A DNA stretch of 64,000 nt from Candidatus Latescibacterota bacterium. Lineage in GTDB: Bacteria; Latescibacterota; UBA2968; GCA-2709665. Position numbers and translations under genes: made by a program. Below the pieces are notes generated by a model. It did no database searches. It was not told where the DNA came from and saw only the letters and a list, made by a program, of their open reading frames with translations. Shown here piece after piece: positions 1 through 9,756 of this stretch; position 1 is the first letter of the stretch; each line of letters opens with the position of its first letter. Location: contig CBDCOX010000002.1 in assembly GCA_965219995.1 (NCBI GenBank), positions 3,520,001 to 3,584,000 of the forward strand, in the 5' to 3' direction.

Positions 1-93
1 ATTCAGCTCATGCTTGCGTTCGTCCCATTCGAATTCCATAGCCTGTTGAAGTCAAAGATATGGAATCGGCCTTGTGACGTCAAGGTCGGTGGA

Positions 94-861
94 TCACTCG
101 CCATAGAGCTTTAATGGCGAAAGCGTGATGAGGGAGGGTTCGTTATCGAGGACGCTGGAGACAAATTCGATCGTGGGCGCGACGCGGAAGGCCTGCCAGA
201 ATGAGGAACCGACGTATGTCTGGCTGACGAGGCCGGCGCATTTGACCCGATCGCCCATAACGCTGAAGTTGAATCCGGGCCACATGCGCGGCTCATCGGC
301 CTTTTTGTATTTGCGCTCGACCCAGAGGGCCTGGTTGTAATGGAAGATGGAGCAGACGTTGAAGCCGACACCCATCAGCACGTAGAGCGCGTTGCGATCC
401 ACCAGCCAGTCCCACGGCGAGCCATGACCGAACGCTTTCCCGTCCCAGGGGCTCGCGCGAGGCCCGGCGGAACCGTGGCCGCCGATCGCATTTCCGGCGT
501 CGGCGCCGATGGCGGCCAGGGAGTCGCAGCAGTGGTCGCTGCGCACGGATTCGGAGCGCTGGCGGAAGACTTCGGTAATGTGCCCGACGTCGGACGGGGA
601 TGTACGAATGTCCCAGGTTTCGCGGCGCGTCCGGTAGGTGGCGGATTCACCGTTGACCTTTTGCACGAACGTCGGAACAATCACGGTACCCGAGTCACCA
701 ACGGCTTCGATGGCGCCGTCGATGACGGTGTCGGCGCCGCCCTGCACGTAGCCGAAGCTCTTGAGGGAACTGTGAAACAGAAGCGCGTCGCCTTCCTCAA
801 GGCCAAGCTCGGCGAAGCCTTTCAGGATATCTCTCTTGCGGACTTTGTTCCGGCTTGCCAT
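94..861 (-). CDS. AAC(3)/YokD-family N-acetyltransferase
   Basis: Motifs HSSLKSFGYVQGGADTVI, GTVIVPTF, GHITEVFRQ, FGHGSPW and SIFHY typical of the aminoglycoside N3-acetyltransferase fold; substrate unknown. Confidence 0.8.
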   Translation of the reverse strand: MASRNKVRKRDILKGFAELGLEEGDALLFHSSLKSFGYVQGGADTVIDGAIEAVGDSGTVIVPTFVQKVNGESATYRTRRETWDIRTSPSDVGHITEVFRQRSESVRSDHCCDSLAAIGADAGNAIGGHGSAGPRASPWDGKAFGHGSPWDWLVDRNALYVLMGVGFNVCSIFHYNQALWVERKYKKADEPRMWPGFNFSVMGDRVKCAGLVSQTYVGSSFWQAFRVAPTIEFVSSVLDNEPSLITLSPLKLYGE

Positions 862-1061
862 TGGCGATGTGTGGATTCCGTTCTGCGATTCAGACTGCTG
901 TAAGATCCGAGGACGAAATGAACCGGTATTGTTCAGTCCGACGGCGAGGATGCAGCGTCATCTGTCTCTTTCAACAGTTGAAGAAATCTGAGAATCCCCG
1001 CCAGACCTGTCTTCATGGAGAATCTCCAAAGACAGATTCTCAACCCTGATAAGATCCGCAA

Positions 1062-1277
1062 TCAAAGCTTCGGCCGGTTACGCATTTTCTTGATTTCGCT
1101 GAGGATCTCTTCCAATGTCATATCCTCGAAAATGCGCTCCCGATCCTGGGTGTAATTACCATAACCTATTGCAAATTGATTGATGAATCGTATCGTATTC
1201 GCAATACCAATCTCTTTGGAAAGCACTTCAAGGGCGTCCTTGGTTATTTCGCTCAAAGCCTTTTCCTGAACTGTCAT
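1062..1277 (-). CDS. Small hypothetical protein, putative antitoxin of the kind found after PIN-domain genes
   Basis: 71 aa with ALEVLSKEIG..NTIRFINQF..GYGNYT.DR pattern; its ATG overlaps (ATGA) the stop of an upstream short frame ending ELISEIEE*. Confidence 0.5.
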   Translation of the reverse strand: MTVQEKALSEITKDALEVLSKEIGIANTIRFINQFAIGYGNYTQDRERIFEDMTLEEILSEIKKMRNRPKL

Positions 1278-1453
1278 TCCTCAATCTCCGATATGAGTTC
1301 GGTGGCAGAAACAAACTGCACCCAGTAGTTTCCCGATGCATCTGCCTGACTAAGCCATTGTCGATCACGGACCAAAAAGGCGGTATGTATCATAAGTCAT
1401 TGATTTTATTGCCTTTTTCTGATCAAATGGTCTCTCTTTTGAGAATCTCAATT

Positions 1454-1482
1454 TTGACAGATGAACAAATGTATAGTATATT
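1454..1482 (+). promoter_or_regulatory. sigma70-type promoter upstream of darG-darT
   Basis: TTGACA (1454-1459), 17 nt, TATATT (1477-1482); a second match TTGACC-N18-TATACT at 1540-1569. Confidence 0.6.
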
Positions 1483-1615
1483 AACACAGGTAATCTATCC
1501 GAGTCTTTTTTGCCGCTGAATGGCCCCTGAGAAAAGGAATTGACCGATTTTTGCATTGAGCGCTATACTACATTCTGTTAAATAAAAACGCTCAATGCAG
1601 AAAGGACGGAGGATA

Positions 1616-2545
1616 ATGATCACCTACGTGTTAGGGAATTTGTTCGAATCCCCGGCTCGGGTTCTTGTGAATACGGTTAATACCGTAGGGGTCATGGGTA
1701 AAGGGATCGCGAAGGATTTCAAGCGGATATACCCGGAGATGTTTCGTGAATATCAGAAGCACTGTGAAACGAAACGGCTTACGGTGGGTAAGCTCTGGCT
1801 CTACAAAACTACAAACAAATGGATTCTCAATTTTCCAACTAAGACAACCTGGCGTAAACCTTCAGAAATAGAATACATCGAAAGTGGCTTAAATACCTTC
1901 GTAAGGGAATATGCGAAACGAGGCATAACCAGCATAGCGTTTCCACCTTTAGGATGTGGAAACGGTGAACTGGATTGGGAACGACAGGTACAACCTTTAA
2001 TGGCAAAGTACCTGGGAAAGCTCCCGATTGATATTTTTGTACATATATATGGACAGGATCCGTTAGTTCCAGAACATAGAGACATAAAAACAATGGCGAG
2101 TTGGTTAAGGTCCGATCTCAAATCTCTAGGGTTTTTGGAGGTATGGAAGGATTTGACTGAAATGATCGGTTCCGGTATAGATTTAACCACAATGCCTGAT
2201 CGCGAAATCTGCCACGTTGAGGTTGTTTCTGAACTCGATGAACCGGGAATCTGTTTTCATTTCGACAACCAGAAAACCTTTATCCCAGAAGAGGAGATTC
2301 TTGAACTGTGGACTGCAATCCGAAATTGCGGCTTTGTCATTCCGTCGAGTATGCCAGCGGGTTTAGATGAAATTTCGAATCAGTTAGTCGCACTTTTTTC
2401 GAAACTACCTTATTGTCGGCCGGTGTCAGCTAGCAATGACTATTTCACATTGCGTTCACGCCACAGCATTGGGCTTCAGCTGTTACCTCAAGCAGTTCCA
2501 CCTAAGATATTTGAGCAATTCCCTTTTGAGTTTAAACCAGTATGA
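1616..2545 (+). CDS. darG: Macrodomain ADP-ribosylglycohydrolase antitoxin (DarG-like)
   Basis: N-terminal GNLF..LVNTVNTVGVMGKGIA, ILNFPTK..W and SIAFPPLGCGNGEL.W macrodomain motifs; GGAGG RBS before ATG 1616; ATGA overlap with downstream DUF4433 gene. Confidence 0.85.
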   Translation: MITYVLGNLFESPARVLVNTVNTVGVMGKGIAKDFKRIYPEMFREYQKHCETKRLTVGKLWLYKTTNKWILNFPTKTTWRKPSEIEYIESGLNTFVREYAKRGITSIAFPPLGCGNGELDWERQVQPLMAKYLGKLPIDIFVHIYGQDPLVPEHRDIKTMASWLRSDLKSLGFLEVWKDLTEMIGSGIDLTTMPDREICHVEVVSELDEPGICFHFDNQKTFIPEEEILELWTAIRNCGFVIPSSMPAGLDEISNQLVALFSKLPYCRPVSASNDYFTLRSRHSIGLQLLPQAVPPKIFEQFPFEFKPV

Positions 2546-3543
2546 CGAAGCATTTAAAACAAAATGCGGAGAAAATCGTTGCTCACTTTCGGTCAATTAA
2601 ACAAGAGGATTGGTTACAAGAATCGCAACGTTGGTGGCCAGGCCGCTTGTTCCACTTCACGGATCTGACAAATGCGGTTAAGATTCTCGGCGATGGCAAA
2701 TTGGTGTCCCGTTCTGAATTAGAACAAACTGGGGGATTAGTTACGGACATTGCAAGCCCTGAAGTCATTTCATCTACAGGGTCACGGTGGAAAGAGTATG
2801 TGCGTCTATATTTTCGTCCGCGCACACCTACACAGTACACAAATGAGGGTTTCCGACCAGTTGGCCAGAGGGAATTGAACGCTCACTGTCCCGTACCAAT
2901 CAGTTTTATATTTGACGCCGAATCAATTCTGACGAGACCGCCAACCCTGTTTAGCGATGGAAATCTGGCTGCTGGCGCGGAGCCAGGGAACACTGCTGAA
3001 TACTTTCTATCGCTCCCCTTCGAGAAGATTTACCATGATCGTAGTTTGTGGGGACTGAGTGACAGTGAAAAGCGCAATATAATCTATCATCGACACGCTG
3101 AAGTTATAGTTCCCGACGCTATTGATCTATCCAGCTTAAGGTTAATCGGTTGTCGGTCCGAAGCCGAATTCCAGACTCTCATTCATTTGCTTCCTTCTGA
3201 TGTGTATCTAAAATGGTCGAAGCGAATTGCCGTCAGCAGGAGATTTGGGTTGTTCTTTAGACGTTGGCCCTTTTTGGAAAGAGCTGATCTCAGTATTTCT
3301 GCCAACTCTTTCAGTTTCAACCCATCGGCGAACATTGGTCCTTTTCATGCGAAGATAGAACTGACAGAGACCCGGACACGGAAGGTTTATGTATGGGAGA
3401 AGAATGACTTCCACGCGAGCGGTACGTTGTCGCTTGACCTGCCTAATTTAGCTAATCCAGAGAACTATACCGTGAAATTTTCGCTTGATGGACATTTGGC
3501 TTACGAAAACCGATATTTGGATGATTCAGCGTTACCTTTTTGA
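2542..3543 (+). CDS. darT: DUF4433 DNA ADP-ribosyltransferase toxin (DarT-like)
   Basis: LFHFTD..N...IL..G.L.SR, DIA, YVRLYF.PRTP..Y, FSDGNLA and HAEVIV (catalytic Glu position) motifs; coupled to macrodomain gene. Confidence 0.85.
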   Translation: MTKHLKQNAEKIVAHFRSIKQEDWLQESQRWWPGRLFHFTDLTNAVKILGDGKLVSRSELEQTGGLVTDIASPEVISSTGSRWKEYVRLYFRPRTPTQYTNEGFRPVGQRELNAHCPVPISFIFDAESILTRPPTLFSDGNLAAGAEPGNTAEYFLSLPFEKIYHDRSLWGLSDSEKRNIIYHRHAEVIVPDAIDLSSLRLIGCRSEAEFQTLIHLLPSDVYLKWSKRIAVSRRFGLFFRRWPFLERADLSISANSFSFNPSANIGPFHAKIELTETRTRKVYVWEKNDFHASGTLSLDLPNLANPENYTVKFSLDGHLAYENRYLDDSALPF

Positions 3544-3573
3544 ATCTATTTTACATAATTGAGTTTGATTTCG

Positions 3574-3603
3574 TGGCGGCCAGAATGGCCGCCATTGTTT
3601 TTT
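3574..3603 (+). terminator. Rho-independent terminator after darT
   Basis: Perfect 9-bp stem TGGCGGCCA-gaa-TGGCCGCCA followed by TTGTTTTTT. Confidence 0.7.
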
Positions 3604-3879
3604 CCGGTACCATCGAAATCCCATGAGGCCTAACCGAACAGTTACGTCAAATCGGACCAGATCTAAGGAACTCCAAGTGTTCGTGTACGTAACACTTTGA
3701 AACTTGCTCCCGAGCGCACTCGTAGTTGCGCCCGGAGGTAGCATCCCTTCTCACATAAAGACCGCCTTCCCGTCACAATCTGCGCCTCCGGCATGCATAC
3801 AATCGAAAAAAGCGATTGGACCGGAAAATGTCGGAGAGGAATTGGTTTTTCGTTGTGTGCTGAATTATCGGATCGGTTT

Positions 3880-5226
3880 TCAACGTCGCATGCGGAGCGC
3901 GCTGTCGACGGCCGAGACCAGCTGATCCACGTGTTGGTTTTCCATCGGCAATGAGACATTGCCGCCGAGTTTCCAGTATATCCCCCGGTTGAGCAGCGCG
4001 AAGAACAGCCATCGGTGCAACTGCTGGTTGTCCCGGGCGGCTTCCCGGTAGTTGCGGGGTTTTTCGGGAAGAAAGTGGACGCGGAAGAGGGAACCGGCGG
4101 TCGTCACCCCGGCCTGAAGGCCGGCGTCCAGGAAAACGCGTTCGAGCCGACCGGCAAGGCGCCGGGTAAGCGTATCCAGCCTTTCGTAGGCGTCCGGCGT
4201 GAGCAGTCGAAGGGTCGTGAGCCCCGCGACGACGGCGATGGGGTTGGCGTTATACGTGCCGGAATGGGGAATCTGCGGAGCGCCTTCCGTGGGATTGTAC
4301 AGGTCCAGGACGTCGGAGCGTCCGCCGACAACGGCGCCGGGCGTGCCGCCGGCGACGACTTTGCCCAGACACGTGAGGTCAGGGCGCACCCCGTACGTTT
4401 CCTGCGCGCCACCGCGGGCGATGCGGAAACTGACGATTTCATCGAATATGAGCAGGACGCCGGCGCGTTCCGTGATTTCGCGGAGATGTGAGAGAAAGCC
4501 GTCAACCGGAAGGGTAAAGCCGGCGGCCGTGGAAAGCGGATCGACCACCACCGCGGCCAGCTCGTCCCGTTGTTCGTTGATGATACTCTTACATGCGTCC
4601 GGGTCGTTGAACGGGAGGACGATGACATTCCCGACGGCCTCGGGCGTGAGGCCGCGTGAGGAAGGCACGGATTCAGGCCTGTCAGGCGGCCCCAGCTCCC
4701 AGTCTACGGGAGGGAGATAGCTGACCATGGCATATTCGTCCATCCCGTGGTACGCGCCTTCGAACTTGGCGATCTTCATTCTGCCGGTGAAAGCGCGGGC
4801 GGCGCGGATGGCATTCAGGATGGCTTCGGTTCCCGAGCTGCAGAAGCGCACCTTTTCAAACGAACCGACGCGGTTCTTCAGGAATTCGGCCATTTCGACT
4901 TCGAGGGCCAGCGGCCGCGAGAAGCCTGTGCCCCGGGCTATGCGCTCCTGGAGGGCGGCGACGATTTCGGGGTGGGCGTGGCCCAGGATGAGGGCGGTAT
5001 TGTTGTTCACGAAATCGAGAAGCCGGTGGCCGTCCAGGTCGATGAGGTGGACGCCTTCGCCTCTATCGGCGTAGACCGGGTACGGGTCGAAGTGCACGCC
5101 TGTGCGCGTATTTCCGCCCGGCAGAGACGCCTGTGCGCGTCTGAACATATCCCGGGAACGCGGATGGTGGTCCATGTATTCGGCAATCTGCCTTTCCATC
5201 GATGCCCGTATGGTTCGAGCGTCCAT
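3880..5226 (-). CDS. Class III PLP aminotransferase (glutamate-1-semialdehyde aminomutase-like)
   Basis: LPGGNTR, D.DG...LDF, FCSSGTEA, KFEGAYHG, LIFDEIVSFR, PDLTCLGK, HSGTYNANP; start set at ATG 5226 behind GAGGA. Confidence 0.85.
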   Translation of the reverse strand: MDARTIRASMERQIAEYMDHHPRSRDMFRRAQASLPGGNTRTGVHFDPYPVYADRGEGVHLIDLDGHRLLDFVNNNTALILGHAHPEIVAALQERIARGTGFSRPLALEVEMAEFLKNRVGSFEKVRFCSSGTEAILNAIRAARAFTGRMKIAKFEGAYHGMDEYAMVSYLPPVDWELGPPDRPESVPSSRGLTPEAVGNVIVLPFNDPDACKSIINEQRDELAAVVVDPLSTAAGFTLPVDGFLSHLREITERAGVLLIFDEIVSFRIARGGAQETYGVRPDLTCLGKVVAGGTPGAVVGGRSDVLDLYNPTEGAPQIPHSGTYNANPIAVVAGLTTLRLLTPDAYERLDTLTRRLAGRLERVFLDAGLQAGVTTAGSLFRVHFLPEKPRNYREAARDNQQLHRWLFFALLNRGIYWKLGGNVSLPMENQHVDQLVSAVDSALRMRR

Positions 5227-5381
5227 GCATTCCTCGCTGCGGGTGTAGCGGGCGTCGAAGATGGAGAGGCGAACCTCCTCCCGCCCATTTCTCTGAATGG
5301 TCTCATAATACCGAAAAATGTCACGCCATTTCAACTGTTGTTTGCAGGCTCGGGCGAGGGGTCGGCAGGAGGCGGAAGGGG

Positions 5382-5410
5382 TTGACTTGCCCCGGATACA
5401 GGTGTAGGAT
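5382..5410 (+). promoter_or_regulatory. sigma70-type promoter for the phyH-like/zinc-ribbon/msrA unit
   Basis: TTGACT-N17-TAGGAT in the divergent intergenic region. Confidence 0.45.
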
Positions 5411-5499
5411 ATAGCAGTCAGGATGGACTTCGTCATCGGGCTAGCAAGGCGTGTTTCAGACGGGATGACGTGATATCGACGTTGAATGGAGGTGTCGTT

Positions 5500-6486
5500 A
5501 TGGCGGGTTTTTCGGGCGACGTGTTGCCGCTGCTTACCGACGACCTGGCGGTGGCGAAGGCGAATATCGAGCGCTTTGGATATTGTCTGCTGAAGGAGGC
5601 GTTGAGCCCGGATCAGGTCGCGGCCATGCGGGGAAGGCTGGTGGAGCAGGCGGCGGCGGAGAGACAGCGGGGCGCCGCGTATGAAGACGGTGGGCCGGAC
5701 CAGAACTGGGGGTCGTTCCGTGACGAAACCGGCCGGGTGCGGCCGGACGCCTTCACGGCGGCCGCCGGGGGCGTCAACCAGCGGCTCTGGATGTTGATCA
5801 ACAAGGGACGGGTGTTTCACCAGGTGCTGTTTCAGAAACGGGTGCGAGAGGTGATCGGCCACGTTCTTGGCGAGGAGTATCTGCTTTCCAGCTTTACGGC
5901 AAATATTGCGAAGCCCGGCGGCGTGGAGATGGACCTGCATACCGACCAGTGGTGGATGCCCTCGCCCACACGGCCCGGCCGCAGGGCACTGCCGGTGGGC
6001 TCGATTACACGGGAGCGGTCTGACGTGGATGGGCACAGCGACCCGCGGATGATTGCACCGGCAGCAGCGGTGAACGTATTGTGGATGCTCGTGGATTTTA
6101 CCGCCGGAAACGGCGGTACGCGCGTTGTGCCTGGAAGCCATCTGTTCGGGCGGCAGCCGGACAAGGGCTGCAATATGGAGGCGGTTGCCGCGGAAGGCCC
6201 GGCCGGTACGGCCCTGATGATCGACGCACGAATCTGGCACGGGACCGGGGCCAACGTAACCGGCGGGCAACGCCTTGCGCTCCTCACGACTTTCTGCGGG
6301 CCGCAGTTTCGTCCCCAGGAAAATCTCACCGTGGGCACCTCGACGGAGGTGTTGAGGGAAGCGTCTCCCGAATTGCTGGCGCTGCTGGGATTCAAGGTAT
6401 GGAACGCGTACGGCCGCATCGAAAACCCGGCGGTGGAGTTCATTTCGCCTGGCGAATCGTCGCTGGGAGAGCTGCGGCCGGAGTAA
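5500..6486 (+). CDS. Phytanoyl-CoA dioxygenase (PhyH) family Fe(II)/2-oxoglutarate dioxygenase
   Basis: HxD (LHTDQ), NGGTRVVPGSH, distal His WHGTGAN and following Arg; GGAGG RBS before ATG 5500. Confidence 0.85.
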   Translation: MAGFSGDVLPLLTDDLAVAKANIERFGYCLLKEALSPDQVAAMRGRLVEQAAAERQRGAAYEDGGPDQNWGSFRDETGRVRPDAFTAAAGGVNQRLWMLINKGRVFHQVLFQKRVREVIGHVLGEEYLLSSFTANIAKPGGVEMDLHTDQWWMPSPTRPGRRALPVGSITRERSDVDGHSDPRMIAPAAAVNVLWMLVDFTAGNGGTRVVPGSHLFGRQPDKGCNMEAVAAEGPAGTALMIDARIWHGTGANVTGGQRLALLTTFCGPQFRPQENLTVGTSTEVLREASPELLALLGFKVWNAYGRIENPAVEFISPGESSLGELRPE

Positions 6487-6490
6487 CGCT

Positions 6491-6754
6491 ATGGCGCCCC
6501 GAGAGCGGGTTGAACGCAGGACCATTTCGATCCACTGCGCCAGGTGCCGGACGTTGCTCTACAAGTACCGTAAAGGCGGCCGGGGCGGGCTGGTCAAGTG
6601 CATCGTGGAACGGATCGTGGAGGACTTCACCCACGGAGATTTGAAGTGCCCGGATTGCGGGCAGGCATTTGCGCGGGAGCGGATGATGGGCGGACGGCCG
6701 GCGCACAAGATCATCCAGGGCAAGGTGTATACCAGGGGGATGTCGAGGAAATAA
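6491..6754 (+). CDS. Small basic zinc-ribbon protein
   Basis: 87 aa with CARC and CPDC pairs plus YKYRKGGRGGLVKC; fits tightly between phyH-like gene and msrA. Confidence 0.65.
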   Translation: MAPRERVERRTISIHCARCRTLLYKYRKGGRGGLVKCIVERIVEDFTHGDLKCPDCGQAFARERMMGGRPAHKIIQGKVYTRGMSRK

Positions 6755-6773
6755 ACTCAGTCAGGAGACGACA

Positions 6774-7313
6774 ATGGCCGAACAACTGGCGACGCTTGGA
6801 GGGGGATGCTTCTGGTGCGTGGAAGCGTTTTTTCAGGACCTGAATGGCGTATCGGAAGTGGTTTCAGGGTATGCGGGAGGGTCGGTTCCGAATCCGACCT
6901 ATCAGGAGGTGTGCAACGGAACCACGGGACACGCCGAGGTGGTCCAGATCCGATTCGATCCAGAATCGGTTTCCTACGGGGACCTGCTGGACGTGTTCTG
7001 GCGCACTCACGATCCCACAACGCTGAACCGCCAGGGGGCGGACGTGGGCACGCAGTACCGGTCCGTGATATTCCATCACGACGAGCAACAGCGGGCGGAA
7101 GCGGAACGATCCATGGCGGATGCGGATGCGTCGGACCTTTGGGCGGATCCGATCGTGACCGAAATCTCGCCCTTCACGGAATTCTACCGGGCCGAGGACT
7201 ATCATCAGAATTACTATCGTTCGAATCGCGCCCAACCGTATTGCATGTTCGTTATTGATCCGAAGATGCAGTGGTTCAGAAAGTCGTTTCAGGAACGGTT
7301 GAAAACAGGGTAA
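6774..7313 (+). CDS. msrA: Peptide-methionine (S)-S-oxide reductase
   Basis: GGGCFWC, SGYAGG, TGHAEVV, HDPTTLNRQG.D.GTQYRS, AEDYHQNYY. Confidence 0.97.
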   Translation: MAEQLATLGGGCFWCVEAFFQDLNGVSEVVSGYAGGSVPNPTYQEVCNGTTGHAEVVQIRFDPESVSYGDLLDVFWRTHDPTTLNRQGADVGTQYRSVIFHHDEQQRAEAERSMADADASDLWADPIVTEISPFTEFYRAEDYHQNYYRSNRAQPYCMFVIDPKMQWFRKSFQERLKTG

Positions 7314-7317
7314 TTGA

Positions 7318-9543
7318 ATGGTCGACGGGTGGTATGGATTCAGGCTGGTGGTCACTTCGGCGCTGCCCCGGGATCTCGGGCGCATTCCGATGTCGGTGGA
7401 GATGGACTTCGGCCGTATGGCGCGGCAGGTCGACGCCACGGGTGTTTTCGACCCGAATTCCGTTGAAGTCGTCAATGCGATTTCCGGTGAGGCGATCGCG
7501 TTCGCCCGCACAGAGGACTTCGCCTATGACGACCGGGGGAGGATCGAATGGACGATCGACGATCCCGCCCACACGGAGTACGAGATCCGGTTTCGCACCG
7601 CGCCCGAGAGACCGCCGCTGCGGCCGCAGGAATACACGCCCATGATCGGCGTCGGTGATCTCCTGCGGTACAACGCGGGGGCGCCGCGGCCGATCGCGCT
7701 CGCGCATTCGATGCGGCTCGTAGACATCACCGGCAACGGTCGCGCCGATCTGGCGGGCTGCTGGAATTACTATTACCGACCGGGGTCGCCGGTCAGCGGG
7801 ATCGTATGTTATCTCCGTGAGGGTCCGGATGAGGACTTCACGTTCGGAGACCTCGCCAGGTTGCGGTACGTGGATACGCCGGGCTCGCGCGAGCTCAAGC
7901 ATTTTCAGAATGTGTACGCCGAGGCGGATTTCGCGGATCTGAACGGTAACGGGCTGCCCGATATCGTGTACGCGGGAATGTCGGATATTGCGGTGACGGC
8001 CTATCTGAATTCAGGAACGCGCGACGGAGGCGGGCTGCCCGTCTTCGTGAAGGACATTGAGATTCCTGCGCCGGTTGCACAGAACGCAGGGATTCATATC
8101 GTCGATCTGAGCGGGAACGGAACCCCGGACCTGGTGGTCAACGGACACTATATCCGGAATCTGAATCCGGACGGCTGGCCGTTCATGGCCGCCAAACCGG
8201 TGGATCTCGCGGTTGGAAAGCAACTCGCGTTCATGGATCTGAACGGTGACGGCCTGCCGGACGTGATGGCGATGCCGGTTGGCGGGTGCGACCATCCTCT
8301 CACATGGCGGAAGCATCTGGGCGGGGACCCGCCCCGGTTCGGGCCCGAACAGAAGCTGGGCGACCTGGAACGGGTATTCTGCAGCCGGCTCGGCGCGGTC
8401 GCGGACGGCAACCGGAGCGGGATTCTGGTGCAGCACAATATGTACCAGAATCTTTCGTTCTACGAATTAATTGGAACGCTCGGCGGCCAGCCGCGTTTCG
8501 AACACCGGGGAAGGGCCCGTTCGATCTCGGCGGTGATGTCATTCAGCGATCAGGCGTGGCCGTGTTCGTGTGACTGGAATGACAACGGGATCCACGATCT
8601 CGTCATCGGCGGGGGTTACGGATGGCCGCGCGTGGTCGTCAACAACGGGAACAATGAGCGGCCGGCCTGGTCGGAGCCGGAGGCGATCTGTTCCGAGGGC
8701 AAACCGATCCGGGTATTGCGCGACGAGATTTTGCATAGCCGTCACTGGCACAATATGGGGTACCCGTACCCCGTGTTCGTGGACTGGGACGGGGACGGTC
8801 TGCCGGACCTGATGCTGCCGAACGAAACGAACCGGATCGTCTGGTATCGAAATACCGGATCGCCGGATGAACCCGGGTTTGGCCCTCGCAGGTTTCTCGA
8901 AGTGGATGGTTTCCCGGATTCCGATGAGCTTCGGGCGGAATCCGGCAAGGCGGCGGCCGACGAGACCCTCCCCAACAGTCCCTATCCCCGTGATGCGCGT
9001 TCGCCGTTTTTCTGGCGGTCCGGCGCGGCGTTCGCGGACTGGAACGGCGACGGGATGATGGATTTCATCGCACACGACCATACGCGCAAGGCGACGCTGT
9101 TCCTTCAGTATCGGGACGACGAGGGCCGCCGCAGGCTCAAACGAGGCAATCATGTGCGGCTGGTGGACGGGCGGAAGATCGACGATTCCATCGTGGGCCG
9201 GACAAAGCACTGGACCGAATCTTTCCGCGCCGTGGATTGGGACGGGGACGGGTTGATCGACCTGGTGTATAACCTTGCCGGGACGGGAAAGATCTACCTG
9301 CTGCGCAACGTGGGTTCTACGGATGCGCCGGTTTTCGACCTTCCGAGAGAATTCAGGTGCTACGGCGAGGAGATTGCGTTTACCGTTCATGGCCCGAACG
9401 CGTGGCCGGGAGATATCAACGGCGATGGAAAACCGGATCTGCTGGGGTGTGTGGAGTGGAGTGTTTACCCCTTCTACTGTCATGCGGCCCTGGAGATGGA
9501 GCGTCACCCCGCGTACACGATCGGTCCGGTGCTGGACCTATAG
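7318..9543 (+). CDS. FG-GAP/VCBS repeat beta-propeller protein
   Basis: Many D(W/L/I)(N/D)GDG.PDL repeats (DLNGNGLPDI, DWDGDGLPDL, DWNGDGMMDF, DINGDGKPDL) and Y.NTG/NVG motifs. Confidence 0.8.
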   Translation: MVDGWYGFRLVVTSALPRDLGRIPMSVEMDFGRMARQVDATGVFDPNSVEVVNAISGEAIAFARTEDFAYDDRGRIEWTIDDPAHTEYEIRFRTAPERPPLRPQEYTPMIGVGDLLRYNAGAPRPIALAHSMRLVDITGNGRADLAGCWNYYYRPGSPVSGIVCYLREGPDEDFTFGDLARLRYVDTPGSRELKHFQNVYAEADFADLNGNGLPDIVYAGMSDIAVTAYLNSGTRDGGGLPVFVKDIEIPAPVAQNAGIHIVDLSGNGTPDLVVNGHYIRNLNPDGWPFMAAKPVDLAVGKQLAFMDLNGDGLPDVMAMPVGGCDHPLTWRKHLGGDPPRFGPEQKLGDLERVFCSRLGAVADGNRSGILVQHNMYQNLSFYELIGTLGGQPRFEHRGRARSISAVMSFSDQAWPCSCDWNDNGIHDLVIGGGYGWPRVVVNNGNNERPAWSEPEAICSEGKPIRVLRDEILHSRHWHNMGYPYPVFVDWDGDGLPDLMLPNETNRIVWYRNTGSPDEPGFGPRRFLEVDGFPDSDELRAESGKAAADETLPNSPYPRDARSPFFWRSGAAFADWNGDGMMDFIAHDHTRKATLFLQYRDDEGRRRLKRGNHVRLVDGRKIDDSIVGRTKHWTESFRAVDWDGDGLIDLVYNLAGTGKIYLLRNVGSTDAPVFDLPREFRCYGEEIAFTVHGPNAWPGDINGDGKPDLLGCVEWSVYPFYCHAALEMERHPAYTIGPVLDL

Positions 9544-9756
9544 TCTCAAATTGAAGAAAGAAAACCGTAAAATTGGCCACAAAAGGCACAAAAAGCACAG
9601 AAGGTAACGGTGCGAAACGGGGCGTAAGAGTCGTCGGGAAGGACATTTCTTCCGTTCACGTCCAGTGCCTGAATTATCCTGGAAATCCGACGTCAAATCG
9701 CATTTATCAATTTGCGTAGTTTCGATTTAACGTCACCGAGGAATGGCGATTCAAGG

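Noticed and set aside
94-861. Acquired aminoglycoside resistance gene
   Set aside because: Family membership alone does not show resistance; composition looks native and no mobile context is seen
5227-6525. 433-aa N-terminal extension of the 881-aa minus-strand ORF
   Set aside because: It is the antisense shadow of the PhyH gene; aminotransferase similarity and an RBS begin at 5226
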